DNA of 49,659 bases from Gemmatimonadota bacterium (GTDB lineage Bacteria > Latescibacterota > UBA2968 > UBA8231): assembly GCA_038128265.1 (NCBI GenBank), contig JAYPJE010000032.1:1-49659 (forward strand), given 5' to 3'. Shown piece by piece: positions 7,711 through 17,582 of the stretch (the stretch's first letter is position 1; the number at the start of each line of letters is the position of its first letter). A program made the translations under genes and the position numbers. Under the pieces are notes generated by a model. That model did no database searches. It worked only from the letters and a program-made list of their open reading frames with translations, and had not been told where the DNA came from.

Positions 7711-9479
7711 TCTACGTTCCCTTCGATAGCGGCCGCAGCACCAAAGGCATTGCGCAGGCGCTCGGCATCAAACTTCAGCGTCCGATCATAGGTGTAAATT
7801 CCGTTTTGCTCCTGCTCGATATCGGTCAACTGCGTGTAGGTAAATCCGGCCATATGGGGGTGGGCCGTCAGCGCACCGGTTAATTTTTCAATGCGTTCGT
7901 ATACCTCTTCGATGCGCTGTGGCCGGTTGCCATAGCCCCAGCCGGCCTCTCTATCGGTCCCATCGCCCGCGCTGGATTCGACCCACCAGGTGCCGCCGTA
8001 CTCATCTACCAAGTAGGGTTGGCCTCGATAGGGAATAGATAGCTCGGGGAAGCAGACGCGCGCTTGCTCCGGTCTATCCGGATGCACGGAGCGATAGGTT
8101 TCACAGAATGTGTCCGGATCCTGCTCGTAGTCGTGTACGGTAAAGATATCGGTCTTGACGTGTACGTAGCCGCTCGCATCGTGCACGGGGCGGCTTGGAT
8201 CGAGGGCGCGGGTCAGGTCATACGTGCTTTCAAGGGCGCGGCGATGAGCCTCCCGATGGCTGCGGGCGGCACCGATCGTCTCGTTAAAAGGAGTCCACGC
8301 GACGATCGATGGATGGTTGAGGTCGCGCAGGACGATTTCGCGCCATTCGCGCTGCTGGTTGGCCAGCGCCTGCGGCTGGCCAAAGTCGAGGCCCCAGTCG
8401 GAAAACTCGCCCCAAGTCAGGTAGCCCAGACGGTCTGCCCAGTAGTGAAAGCGCTCCTCGAAGACCTTCTGATGCAGGCGCGCGCCGTTAAAACCGACGG
8501 CCATAGCGCGCTCAATATCGGCTTTTAGCTCGCCGTCCGATGGGGCGGTCCACAGGCCGTCTGGATAGAAGCCCTGATCGAGCACAAAGCGCAGAAAAAT
8601 GGGCTGGTTATTCAGGTAAAATACATGGCCTTCAATGTGGAACTTGCGCAGGCCGGCGTAGGACTGCACGGAGTCGAGCACGGCTTCGTCGTCAACGAGC
8701 TCGAAACGGAGGTCGTATAGGTGAGGATCGGTCGGGCTCCACGGGCGCACCTGCGGGATATCAAGAACCAGCGAGGCGCCGCTGAGCGCAGACATGGAAG
8801 CGCTGTGTAGGATGCGTTCGCCATCGAGCAGCACCGCGCGAAAGCGCTGTCCGCGCGCGGTGCATTCAAGCGAGGGCGTCAGCACAAAGCGCTGCCCATC
8901 TAGGTCGGGCACGATGCGCACGGATTCTATGTGCGCCGCTGGAACGGCCTCTAGCCACACCGTTTGCCAGATCCCCGTTGTGCGCGTGTAGTGACAGCCG
9001 TGTGAATGCAGCTGCGCGCTCTGCTTGCCGGCCGGCTGCAGCCCCGAGCGCACGTCGTCGCGGGCCAGTACGACCAAGTCGTTGGAGCCCGTGCGCAGTG
9101 CGTCGGTGATATCAAAGTGAAACGACGAAGACGTGCCGTAGTGAACCCCTACTTCGACGCCGTTGAGCCAGGCGCGGCACTCGTAGTCGACGGCGCCAAA
9201 GTGCAGGCGCACGCGCTGGCCGAGCCACTGGGCGGGCACTTCGATGGTGCGATGGTACCACACGGCGGGCATGAAGTCGGTGTGCCCGATACCCGAAAGG
9301 TGGCTCTCAGGGCAGAAGGGAACGTTGATTTTGTCTGTTAGCACAGACGGCTGTTCATGCCAGTGGGCCTGGTGGCCTGAATCGCCGTGGTCGATGCGAA
9401 AATTCCACTCGCCGTTGAGGTTGATCCACTGCCGGCGCTGGAACTGCGGGCGCGGATGTTCGGGACGCGGAGTCATCAC
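7707..9479 (-). CDS. Glycoside hydrolase family 2 (beta-galactosidase/glucuronidase-like), no signal peptide seen
   Basis: PRPEHPRPQF, LNGEWNF, HFGAVDY, GIWQTVWLE, LDQGFYPDG, RLHQKV, NHPSIVAWTPFNE (acid/base), DEYGG (nucleophile), YTQLTDIEQEQNG. Confidence 0.93.
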   Translation of the reverse strand: MMTPRPEHPRPQFQRRQWINLNGEWNFRIDHGDSGHQAHWHEQPSVLTDKINVPFCPESHLSGIGHTDFMPAVWYHRTIEVPAQWLGQRVRLHFGAVDYECRAWLNGVEVGVHYGTSSSFHFDITDALRTGSNDLVVLARDDVRSGLQPAGKQSAQLHSHGCHYTRTTGIWQTVWLEAVPAAHIESVRIVPDLDGQRFVLTPSLECTARGQRFRAVLLDGERILHSASMSALSGASLVLDIPQVRPWSPTDPHLYDLRFELVDDEAVLDSVQSYAGLRKFHIEGHVFYLNNQPIFLRFVLDQGFYPDGLWTAPSDGELKADIERAMAVGFNGARLHQKVFEERFHYWADRLGYLTWGEFSDWGLDFGQPQALANQQREWREIVLRDLNHPSIVAWTPFNETIGAARSHREAHRRALESTYDLTRALDPSRPVHDASGYVHVKTDIFTVHDYEQDPDTFCETYRSVHPDRPEQARVCFPELSIPYRGQPYLVDEYGGTWWVESSAGDGTDREAGWGYGNRPQRIEEVYERIEKLTGALTAHPHMAGFTYTQLTDIEQEQNGIYTYDRTLKFDAERLRNAFGAAAAIEGNVE

Positions 9480-10228
9480 GTCCGTCCCGCTTGCAGAAAG
9501 TTGTTAATCGTTCCGGCAAGGTGGTCGACAACTTGGGCGAGACCTTCTTCGCCGTGGGCGGCCGTCGCCTCGCGCGCATCGTCGCCCATCTGAGCAAAGA
9601 GCGGGTGGGCGGGTTCGAAGTTGACGCGCGGGTGGCGCTGGTCTGCCGGCGGTGGTCCGGCCGGCGGCCAGACGTCGTCGTGATGGCCCTCTTGCAGGGC
9701 GCCCAGATCGACCAACTCGGGAAAGAGCGCTAGACCGAACGACGTTTCTTCCTTGGCGGCGTGGTCTCCTTTGAGCTGGACGGCATCGCCGCAGATGCTG
9801 ACTTCAGTGCCGGCGAGCACCAGCGCATCGGGATAGTCTGCGCGCAGGGCAGGCACTGTCTCGTCGAGAAACGACTGCCAGGGATAGTGGCCTGCCAGCA
9901 GCACCAGCGCGCGTGCGCCAAAGTCGAGCAGCTGGCGCGCCGTAGTGTCGAGCATAGCGGTTATGGCCTCTGGCGGCTGGTAGTGACTCCATTTGAACAC
10001 GTCGTGACCGCCGCCGCCGCCCCACCACATCGTCGGCAGCATTAGGCCGCCGGTGCGCGCGGCAATGCGCTCGCAGGTGCGGCGCGCCTTGATGCCGTCA
10101 AAACCAACCGGCAGGTGCCAGCCGTGATGCTCGAGAAGGCCCAGCGGCCAGTAGGCGACGGGGGATGCGGACAGGAGCGCTTCTAGCTGGTCGGGTCGCA
10201 GCTCTTCGTAGTTTTTCCACTCGGGCAT
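9476..10228 (-). CDS. Creatininase-family amidohydrolase
   Basis: PLGLLEHHGWHLPVGFD, AGH, DHAAKEETS. Start moved to ATG 10228, which has an AGGAG RBS. Confidence 0.85.
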   Translation of the reverse strand: MPEWKNYEELRPDQLEALLSASPVAYWPLGLLEHHGWHLPVGFDGIKARRTCERIAARTGGLMLPTMWWGGGGGHDVFKWSHYQPPEAITAMLDTTARQLLDFGARALVLLAGHYPWQSFLDETVPALRADYPDALVLAGTEVSICGDAVQLKGDHAAKEETSFGLALFPELVDLGALQEGHHDDVWPPAGPPPADQRHPRVNFEPAHPLFAQMGDDAREATAAHGEEGLAQVVDHLAGTINNFLQAGRT

Positions 10229-10236
10229 ATCGTCTC

Positions 10237-12018
10237 CTAAAAAATCGTCGCCGCGCACAGGCGGTGCTCATCGGCGAAAAAGATGCTGTCGCCGACGATG
10301 GGACCGGCGACGGAAAAGGCGTTCTCTCGTGCAACGACGGGCTCTATGTGCAGCGTAGTGGGATCGAGGCGATAGACGCAGGAGCGGGTAAACCCGTATA
10401 TCTTTGCGTCTGGGCCGGTTTGCAGCCCGAGATCGAGCGGAGCGCCGTCGGGCAGTTGGAGGGTGTCGGTAAATGCTAGCGCCTGCGGATCGAAGACAAA
10501 GAGCGTGGGGTTAGTGCCCCCTACCGTCGTGCCATAAAGCCGTCCGTCGGGGCCGACGAGTAGGGCATTGATCGCTCTGCAGTCGAGCGCCTGTTCCCAG
10601 GTCTTTTCCTCCGCGTGGTAATCCCACAAAAACAGTTCGGCCCGATCGACGCGCGGCTGGGTGCCCGAACCAGCGTCAATCGTCGTGCCAACGGCGATGC
10701 GCTCCTGGTGCTGTAGCCAAGCCAGCGTATAGCAGGAGGCATCGCCGCAGATGCGCTGGTACGACGACGTCGTATTGCTCTGCGGGTCGTAGCAGGACAG
10801 CGGTCCACCCCAGCGGCCGTAGTCGGGTATTGATGCGGTCCAGACGCGGCCAAGCGGGCCTGTGAGCGTGCTGCGCGGTCGATACGAAAGCTCGTCCATG
10901 CGCCCTAGATCGCGCGGGTTGGCATCCGCGTCTTCGCCAAAGCGGTAGGCTTGCGCGGGATCGTAGACGGACAGCTTGGCCTGCGGATAGGAAGCGATAT
11001 ACATCTTGCCGTCGAGGTTGGCCATTGAGTAGGCTTCGCCCGTTGCCGACGAACAGACGCCGAGGTCGACCAATTCGCCGTTTTTCGGGTTGTGCCGAAA
11101 CAGGTGCAGAGGCAGAATACTCGAACCGTAAATGCATTCGTCGGGGCCCTGATGCACGTAGAATAGGCGGCTGCCGCTAGCCTCGTAGTCGAGCTCAAAA
11201 GAGCGCGTGCTGCCGTCGGGAGCGCTGAGCACCAGCGTCCTATAGCGTTGCTGTCCGGCATCGGCGAAGGCCGCTCTGCTGCCATCGGGCAGTGCGGGAG
11301 CTGAACGCGGTGGAGGCAGCGCATCAACGGGAATGGCCTCGTTGCCTTCTATGCGAAAATCGCCAAGCGAAGAGGCGATATACAGGTTACCATCGTCGCC
11401 GCGCACGAGGTCGAGCTCGCTTTCGCCTTTTATCGACACGGGTCCGACGACTGCCTTCTGGCCAGACTGTGGGTCGTAGCGCACCACGTGTGGCTGCGTC
11501 ATACGCACCAGATTGGCGATGCTGCCGTCGCCGGCGACGAGCGGATAGTTATACATATCTACGTCGTCCATGCGACCGCAGCGCTGGAACGTATGGGTCG
11601 CTGGGTCGTAGGCTGTTAGATCGGCCGTTGGGTAGCTGCCAATCCACAGGCGGCCGTCTTCTCCCTCGTCGATACGGCAGGGAAAAGTCGCCGCTTCGGG
11701 ATGGATCGCTCCCAGGTCGATTAGGGCATCCTGCTGTGGATCAAAGCAGAGCAGATGGCCAGCGTAGGACGAGCCGATGTAGAGGCGGTTGGAGCGGCTC
11801 ATATAGGTAGCCGTAGGATAGTTTGCATTGGCCAAGTCGCAGATGAACTGGCGGCACTTGCCGCTGTCTAAATCGATCTGCAGGACAAACAGGCCGGCGG
11901 CCTGCTGACCCATGACGGCGTAGAGGCAGGGCTGTCCTGCACACGTAATGCCGGGGTGTAGATGCACCCAGTTGACCGAGCGCACGGGGATGCCAATTTC
12001 GCGGATAGGTGCTGACAT
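10237..12018 (-). CDS. Beta-propeller repeat protein, function unknown
   Basis: Repeated blade motifs (GEDGRLWIGS, GDDGNLYIAS, GPDECIYGSS, GPDGRLYGTT, GPDAKIYG; YDP repeats). Confidence 0.7.
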   Translation of the reverse strand: MSAPIREIGIPVRSVNWVHLHPGITCAGQPCLYAVMGQQAAGLFVLQIDLDSGKCRQFICDLANANYPTATYMSRSNRLYIGSSYAGHLLCFDPQQDALIDLGAIHPEAATFPCRIDEGEDGRLWIGSYPTADLTAYDPATHTFQRCGRMDDVDMYNYPLVAGDGSIANLVRMTQPHVVRYDPQSGQKAVVGPVSIKGESELDLVRGDDGNLYIASSLGDFRIEGNEAIPVDALPPPRSAPALPDGSRAAFADAGQQRYRTLVLSAPDGSTRSFELDYEASGSRLFYVHQGPDECIYGSSILPLHLFRHNPKNGELVDLGVCSSATGEAYSMANLDGKMYIASYPQAKLSVYDPAQAYRFGEDADANPRDLGRMDELSYRPRSTLTGPLGRVWTASIPDYGRWGGPLSCYDPQSNTTSSYQRICGDASCYTLAWLQHQERIAVGTTIDAGSGTQPRVDRAELFLWDYHAEEKTWEQALDCRAINALLVGPDGRLYGTTVGGTNPTLFVFDPQALAFTDTLQLPDGAPLDLGLQTGPDAKIYGFTRSCVYRLDPTTLHIEPVVARENAFSVAGPIVGDSIFFADEHRLCAATIF

Positions 12019-12122
12019 AGATGGTCCTCGTTGCCTTGTTCCTTGTGCGCGTAAGCATCGTATGGAGACAGGGGTGTGTCAAGCAGCCGCGCGGCGTATA
12101 TTGCTCTGTAAAAGGAGGTCCC

Positions 12123-12944
12123 ATGCGCATTGATACGCATGCTCACATATACGCCGGGGACGAAGCAACGTATCCCATGAAAGAGGATCCATATCGCCCG
12201 GCAGCAGGTGTGGGCGATATAGAGCACCTGAGGCGCGAAGCAGCGTCTAACGGCATTGACCGCGTCGTGCTGGTGCAAACGGGATCGGCCTATCGTTGGG
12301 ACAACCGCCTCTTGGCCGATACGGCGCGGGACCATGCCGATTGGACCCGGGGCGTGTGCACGCTGGATCCCACCGCAGAGGAGAGCGTGGCCGAACTCGA
12401 ACGGTTGGTCGGGGAATACAACGTCAAGGGAGTGCGCATCGAAGCGGCGGCCGGGCACCTTCGTCACGCCGCGTCCGAGCGGCTGTGGGCTGCAGCCGGC
12501 GCGCTGCAGGCGGTTGTGTGTGCGCACGTGCACGCGGAGCATCTGTGCGAATTAGGCGAACTCCTAGCGCGTTTTCCCGGAGTGCCTGTGGTGCTCGATC
12601 ACTGCGCCTATCCCCAGGTGGAAGAGGGAGCAGGCGGCGATGTCCTGCGCCAGGTCCGCGCCCTTGCCAACTGCGAGAATCTGTATGCCAAGCTGACCTT
12701 TGGTATCACGTCGTCGCGGCAGTCCTATCCCTTTGTCGACACGCACGCTATGCTGCGTTATGCAATTGATGCGTTTGGTCCGGAGCGCTGTATGTGGGGC
12801 TCGGACTTTCCCTGCGAGCACTGGCTCAAAAAGGCGTCATACGCGCAGCACCTCGCCGTCTTTACCGACGAGTTGGGACTGAGCGAGAACGAGAAGGACC
12901 AGGTGCTCGGCCGCGTGGCTGAGCGCGTTTTCTGGGGCAGCTAA
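12123..12944 (+). CDS. Amidohydrolase family 2 protein (lactonase-like TIM barrel)
   Basis: IDTHAH, VVLDHCA, NLYAKLT, FGPERCMWGSDFP; AAGGAGG RBS before ATG 12123. Confidence 0.9.
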   Translation: MRIDTHAHIYAGDEATYPMKEDPYRPAAGVGDIEHLRREAASNGIDRVVLVQTGSAYRWDNRLLADTARDHADWTRGVCTLDPTAEESVAELERLVGEYNVKGVRIEAAAGHLRHAASERLWAAAGALQAVVCAHVHAEHLCELGELLARFPGVPVVLDHCAYPQVEEGAGGDVLRQVRALANCENLYAKLTFGITSSRQSYPFVDTHAMLRYAIDAFGPERCMWGSDFPCEHWLKKASYAQHLAVFTDELGLSENEKDQVLGRVAERVFWGS

Positions 12945-13702
12945 AACGGCCAGAGTGCGCGCAGTCGACGGAGCACAGAGGGGTGGGCCGTCTGGTAATA
13001 CTCCGTCAAGCGCAGGCGCCAATCGCTGGGCAGTGCCTGTAGGGGCGGAAGGTCACGGCGTGCGCGTTGCACGTGCGCGGTGATATCGATGCGTGACCGC
13101 TGCGGACTGGGGGTGAGCTGGCGTGAAAAAAGCGCCTGTTTGTTGAGGCGTTCGATGCAGACGTCGGCTTTTTCCAGCAGTGTGCGATAGTGTTGGATAC
13201 AGGTTTCGATCTGTCGGTTGTACGCTAGCAGGTATTCGTTCACGTTCTCTACCTGGCAAAGCCAGACGCGTAGGGAAGGGATATGGGCTCCAGTGGGTTC
13301 GGCCAGACCGTTGGGCCACTGCTGCCAGCCGAGTGCGTCGAGCAGGGCCGCGCGCGAGGAGAAGGGCGCGCTGAGTGCTTGAGTGTGGTCCGGAACCTGT
13401 GCGCGCAGCGAAGCCAGTCGAGCCGTTTGCTCGCCTATGTAGTGGGTGGCCTGCGCCTGGTGCTGTTCGGCATCGCGCCGCTCCTGCAGCGCCTGCGGCA
13501 GAACCTGATTGTCCTTGAGTAATTTGCCGGCCATGCGGTGCTCTGGACCGCTGGCGAAATAGTCACTCAGGTCGATAGGCCTACCGCTCTCTGGGAGCGC
13601 AGATAGGTCTTCTCTGGCAATGGCATCGGCCAGGAGCTCGTCCGGCGTGCAGTGCTCGGGTGAGCCATCTGGCCGGCGCAGGGGCCTGCGTGGGCGGGGC
13701 AT
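12941..13702 (-). CDS. DUF1992 (DnaJ-family associated) domain protein
   Basis: DELLADAIAREDLSALPESGRPIDL..HRMAGKLLKDNQVLP resembles DUF1992. Start set at ATG 13702; the longer track ORF overlaps the divergent gene. Confidence 0.7.
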   Translation of the reverse strand: MPRPRRPLRRPDGSPEHCTPDELLADAIAREDLSALPESGRPIDLSDYFASGPEHRMAGKLLKDNQVLPQALQERRDAEQHQAQATHYIGEQTARLASLRAQVPDHTQALSAPFSSRAALLDALGWQQWPNGLAEPTGAHIPSLRVWLCQVENVNEYLLAYNRQIETCIQHYRTLLEKADVCIERLNKQALFSRQLTPSPQRSRIDITAHVQRARRDLPPLQALPSDWRLRLTEYYQTAHPSVLRRLRALWPF

Positions 13703-13810
13703 ATAGTTTTCCGCTGTAATTTGCCGTCGGGCGCAGTCTGCTGTAAAGATAGGTTGGAGTACGCTCGCGTTCAATCGATGGCATATTGGGCGCAAATAGG
13801 ATTGCATGTT

Positions 13811-14704
13811 ATGAAATGCGAACGCGCGCACAGGCGGCGCTGGCTGGTGGTTGGGTCGGCGACGGTCGATTGCGTCGTGCAAGGGGAGCGAACGCGCTAC
13901 AAGCGCGGTGGCGTAGCCGTCTACGGCGGGTTGACGCTGCTGCGTTTGGGACAGGATGTCGCCGTGTGCACCAATCTGGCTCCCGGCGACGCCGATGTGG
14001 TCGCTGCACTGAGCCGAGCGGGGGCTGATGTGCATTGGGGAGAGAGTGAGACTACGACGCACTTTGTCAATTGCGTCGTAGGGGATCGCCGCCAACAGCG
14101 CATGCCAAGAGCTGCTGTGCCGATTGGCTGCAACGCGCTGGCGTCTGCTGCGCAAGGAGCCGAATGCGTGCTGCTAGGGCCGCTGCACCCGCTCGATATA
14201 GAGGTCGCTGCGCTGGTTTGGTTGGAGGGTGCGGAGGACGTGGCGGTTTGTGCCGACGTCCAGGGTATGGTGAGGAATGTGGTCGATGGCGTCGTGCACG
14301 CTGGAGTTGATGCATCGATGGATGCGCTGCTGCGGGCCGCTTCGTGGATCAAAGTGGCGCAGGAGGAGCTAAACCTGCTGCTGCAGTGGGCGTCGTGTGA
14401 CCTAAATGTTCTGATGCGGCGCTATGCGCTGAGCGAAGTCGTCGTGACGGATGGTTCGCGCGGCGGCTATATCCAGCGGCACGACGGACACGTTCATCCC
14501 TTTCGCGCCGTTGCCGTGGTGAATACACGCGATCCCACCGGAGCGGGCGATGTGTTCTTTGCAACGTATATGAGCGAGCGTTTAGCTCGCGGCCAGCCAG
14601 TAGAGGCTGCGGCTGGCCGCGCCGCTGATTTGGCGGCTCGACAGGTCGCGGGTGAGTTTCTGGGAGGGGATGTGCTGTTGTTGGTGCGCTGTGGAACGGA
14701 CTAG
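13811..14704 (+). CDS. PfkB-family carbohydrate kinase
   Basis: VVGSATVD, GGVAVYGG, ADVQG, VVTDGSRGG, DPTGAGDVF. Confidence 0.88.
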   Translation: MKCERAHRRRWLVVGSATVDCVVQGERTRYKRGGVAVYGGLTLLRLGQDVAVCTNLAPGDADVVAALSRAGADVHWGESETTTHFVNCVVGDRRQQRMPRAAVPIGCNALASAAQGAECVLLGPLHPLDIEVAALVWLEGAEDVAVCADVQGMVRNVVDGVVHAGVDASMDALLRAASWIKVAQEELNLLLQWASCDLNVLMRRYALSEVVVTDGSRGGYIQRHDGHVHPFRAVAVVNTRDPTGAGDVFFATYMSERLARGQPVEAAAGRAADLAARQVAGEFLGGDVLLLVRCGTD

Positions 14705-15537
14705 CAGGTAGCGCCGCGCACGTCGCCGCCGAAGTGCTGCATGCGCTCGTCGGTGCTAACGCGCGTGCTGGAGGTGGGCCTGTAGTGAAACTGCAGGGCG
14801 CGTCGCATTTTGGTGGAGCGGTTAGTCGGACTGCCGTGGTGCAGCATGCCGTGCCAGATAAGACAGCCTCCAGGCGGCAGAGGCACGGCGACATCGAGCT
14901 CCGTCTGCACCGCGCTATCGCAAATCTGCCAGTCGCGCACTTTGAAGTGTTCAGCTGGACCCTGACGATGCGTGCCGGGTAGGATGTGCATGCAGCCGTT
15001 GTCGAGCGCGGCTTCGTCGAGGGCGATCCAGATGCCAATAACGGCGGTGCCGAGCGCTAAGTCGAAGTAGGCGCTGTCTTGGTGCCAGGGTTTTTCCCTT
15101 CCCCCTGGACCCTTTAGGAGTGCCATATCCTGGAATAGTTCGGGAGTATCCCCCATCAGACGCTGCATGAGCGCGCCCAGTCCGGCGTGGTGGGCAAGAG
15201 CGGTTAGGCGTGCATCGTGATCGACAAAATGCATCAATTTGCGCACGGGGCGTTCCGCGCCCGCACCGTTGCCCGCTTCGCGCTGCACGCCGCGAAAGGC
15301 AGGTGCCTTGCCGGCAATCAGGTCGTCAATGGCCGCGCATGCGGAGGCGACTTCGGCTTCGGAAAAAACGCGCTGCACGGCCAGGTAGCCCAAGGAATGA
15401 AACGCGTCAATGGCCGCGTCGTCGATGGAGTGGAGGTCGGCCGAGTAGTCGGACAGCAGGCGCTGGCCGTATAGGTCGGGAGCGTGTTCGGGTATGTGCG
15501 CTTCGGCCACGACGGGCCCTGCGCCTACGGTACTCAT
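14701..15537 (-). CDS. Phytanoyl-CoA dioxygenase (PhyH)-family Fe(II)/2OG oxygenase
   Basis: KPWHQDSAY, WIALD, NGCMHILPGTH, HHGSPTNRS..RRA. Confidence 0.9.
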   Translation of the reverse strand: MSTVGAGPVVAEAHIPEHAPDLYGQRLLSDYSADLHSIDDAAIDAFHSLGYLAVQRVFSEAEVASACAAIDDLIAGKAPAFRGVQREAGNGAGAERPVRKLMHFVDHDARLTALAHHAGLGALMQRLMGDTPELFQDMALLKGPGGREKPWHQDSAYFDLALGTAVIGIWIALDEAALDNGCMHILPGTHRQGPAEHFKVRDWQICDSAVQTELDVAVPLPPGGCLIWHGMLHHGSPTNRSTKMRRALQFHYRPTSSTRVSTDERMQHFGGDVRGATC

Positions 15538-15558
15538 AGACTGTCGCAGATACGGTTT

Positions 15559-16206
15559 CTATTCGGGCTGGTCGCCCGTTTCCTTCTCTTTGGCGACCGA
15601 GTTTTGCAGAGCCTGTATTTCCGGTTTTACGACTGTGTCGTAGCAGTCCGGACAGATGCTGTGGCTGAACGCCACATTTGCGTGGTGTTCAATATAGCGT
15701 TCTACCTGAGACCAGTAGTTGTTGTCGTCGCGAATTTTCTTGCAGTACGAACAAATGGGCAACAGGCCTTGTAACTGCTTTTCACGCTGGATGGATTCTT
15801 CCAATTCCTTTACGCGATGGGCCAGAGTCATCTGTAGCTCGAGCACGCGCAGGCCGACGTTGATGCGCGCCTGGAGCTCTTTGCGATTAAAGGGCTTGTT
15901 GACGTAGTCATCGGCTCCAGCACCTAGGGCTTCTGCTATATCGTCCTTCGTGTCGCGGGTCGTGAGCATGATGATGTACAGGTGAGACAGCGTGTCGAGC
16001 GTGCGCGCTCTGCGGGCGACTTCTACGCCGTCCAAAACGGGCATCATCCAGTCGAATATGGCGAGGTTGGGAGGATCTTCTCCCTGGAGAATATCCCATG
16101 CCTCGTTGCCGTTTGTCGCCGTGACCACATCGTGGTCCCACTGTTTGAGCGTGACCTCTAAGAGGAGGCGCGACGTGGAGTCATCTTCGGCTATCAGAAT
16201 TCGCAT
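15559..16206 (-). CDS. Response regulator: REC domain, coiled coil and C-terminal Cys/His (putative Zn) domain
   Basis: ILIAEDD, DWMMP, GADDYVNKPF; C-terminal LLPICSYCKKIRDD..W..FSHSICPDC. Confidence 0.88.
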   Translation of the reverse strand: MRILIAEDDSTSRLLLEVTLKQWDHDVVTATNGNEAWDILQGEDPPNLAIFDWMMPVLDGVEVARRARTLDTLSHLYIIMLTTRDTKDDIAEALGAGADDYVNKPFNRKELQARINVGLRVLELQMTLAHRVKELEESIQREKQLQGLLPICSYCKKIRDDNNYWSQVERYIEHHANVAFSHSICPDCYDTVVKPEIQALQNSVAKEKETGDQPE

Positions 16207-16237
16207 AACTCAAGTTTCCCCGTACAGGCAAGAGCGT

Positions 16238-16462
16238 TTAGGAGGACTCGCTTTCCTTTAGCTCACTGCCCTTATGCAGAATGGCCATGGGTAATAAAGC
16301 ACAATAGCCTACCACGAGCAAGAGAGGGGCCAGCGTGAGCGAAAAGAAGCCATCGGCTGGCGGTATGCGGAGGAAGACGTATCCCAAGGCGATACTCGCC
16401 AGCCCAGCGGCCAATAGAATCCAGTTCTTGCGCGTGAAAGGAGGAGCAGTCGGTTCGGCCAT
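16238..16462 (-). CDS. Small two-TM membrane protein (DUF3098-like)
   Basis: FTRKNWILLAAG..LGY..SLTLAPLLLVVGY..PMAIL; GAGG RBS. Confidence 0.7.
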   Translation of the reverse strand: MAEPTAPPFTRKNWILLAAGLASIALGYVFLRIPPADGFFSLTLAPLLLVVGYCALLPMAILHKGSELKESESS

Positions 16463-16477
16463 GACCCGATACCTCGT

Positions 16478-16825
16478 TTAGCGCTTCTCGCGGATGCGAG
16501 CAGAGCGTCCTTTGCGGCTGCGCAGGTAAAACAGGCGCGCGCGGCGAACGCGACCGCGGCGGGTGCACTCGATCTGCGCGATGCGCGGCGAGTGCAGGGG
16601 AAAGATGCGCTCAGTGGCAACGCCTTGGGTGATTTTGCGGACCGTAACGGTCTCCTGTATGCCGCTGCCCTTGCGTTGGATAACGGTGCCTTCGAAAACC
16701 TGAATGCGTTCCTTGTCACCCTCGATTACGCGCACGTGCACGCGCAGCGTATCGCCGGCAGAAAAGGTGGGTAAGTCGGTCTTGAGCTGGTCGGATGTCA
16801 GCTCGCGCATGATGCTTGCGTCCAT
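16478..16825 (-). CDS. rplS: 50S ribosomal protein L19
   Basis: [53 protein letters not shown]. Confidence 0.99.
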   Translation of the reverse strand: MDASIMRELTSDQLKTDLPTFSAGDTLRVHVRVIEGDKERIQVFEGTVIQRKGSGIQETVTVRKITQGVATERIFPLHSPRIAQIECTRRGRVRRARLFYLRSRKGRSARIREKR

Positions 16826-16849
16826 TGTGTACCTTCTACTTTAAGGGGC

Positions 16850-17581
16850 TTATTCCAGCCCTTCTCGTTCCCATTGGTGTATCAGTCGCACTTCTTCTTC
16901 ATCGAGGTGCGCCCGTTCTAACAAATCCGGCCGGCGTTCAAATGTTCTGCGCAGCGCCTGCTGGCGCCTCCACCGGCGCACTCGTTCGTGGTCGCCGCTC
17001 TGCAAAACGGGCGGAACGCCCTGGCCATTAAATTCTGCTGGGCGCGTATACCAGGGACAGTCGAGCACGGCATCCTGAAAGGAGTCTTCCAGAGCCGAAC
17101 TGAAGTTGCCCAACACGCCCGGCACTAGGCGAACCATCGCGTCCATCAGCACGAGTGCTGCGGGCTCGCCGCCGGTCAGCACAAAGTCTCCAACCGAGAC
17201 TTCGCGGTCTATCAGGTGCGTGCGAACGCGCTCGTCGACTCCCTTGTAGTGGCCGCAGAGCAGCACCAAGTGATCGCAAAGCGACAGCTCGACACTCAGG
17301 TCGTGGTCGAGCGTTTGCCCGTCCGCCGTCAGGTAGATGCAGTGGGCGCGCTCAAAATGGCGCGCCTGCCACAGGGCGAACAGAGGCTCGGGCTTCATGA
17401 CCATGCCGCCGCCGCCGCCGTAGGGCTCATCGTCGACGCTTTTGTGCTTGTCGGTGGCAAAGTCGCGCGGGTTATGCGCTTCCACCGAAAGCAGCCCGTC
17501 GCGCGCTGCGCGCGCCAATATGCTCGTCTGCAGCGGCGTGGTAAAAAAATCTGGGAAGAGCGTTACGACGTCGATATGCAC
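16850..17581 (-). CDS. trmD: tRNA (guanine37-N1)-methyltransferase
   Basis: VTLFPD, VDDEPYGGGGGMVMKPEP, LCGHYKGVDER, SVGDFVLTGGE, EDSF, YTRP. GTG start at 17581. Confidence 0.98.
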   Translation of the reverse strand: MHIDVVTLFPDFFTTPLQTSILARAARDGLLSVEAHNPRDFATDKHKSVDDEPYGGGGGMVMKPEPLFALWQARHFERAHCIYLTADGQTLDHDLSVELSLCDHLVLLCGHYKGVDERVRTHLIDREVSVGDFVLTGGEPAALVLMDAMVRLVPGVLGNFSSALEDSFQDAVLDCPWYTRPAEFNGQGVPPVLQSGDHERVRRWRRQQALRRTFERRPDLLERAHLDEEEVRLIHQWEREGLE

Positions 17582-17582
17582 G

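Noticed and set aside
12055..12082. TTGACA on the minus strand upstream of the beta-propeller operon
   Set aside because: The best -10 (TACGAT) is only 14 nt away and the 17-nt alternative (GATGCT) is weak; not called.
13703..14155. N-terminal extension of the 404-aa ORF 12941..14155
   Set aside because: Antisense to the PfkB kinase; the recognisable domain starts at ATG 13702.
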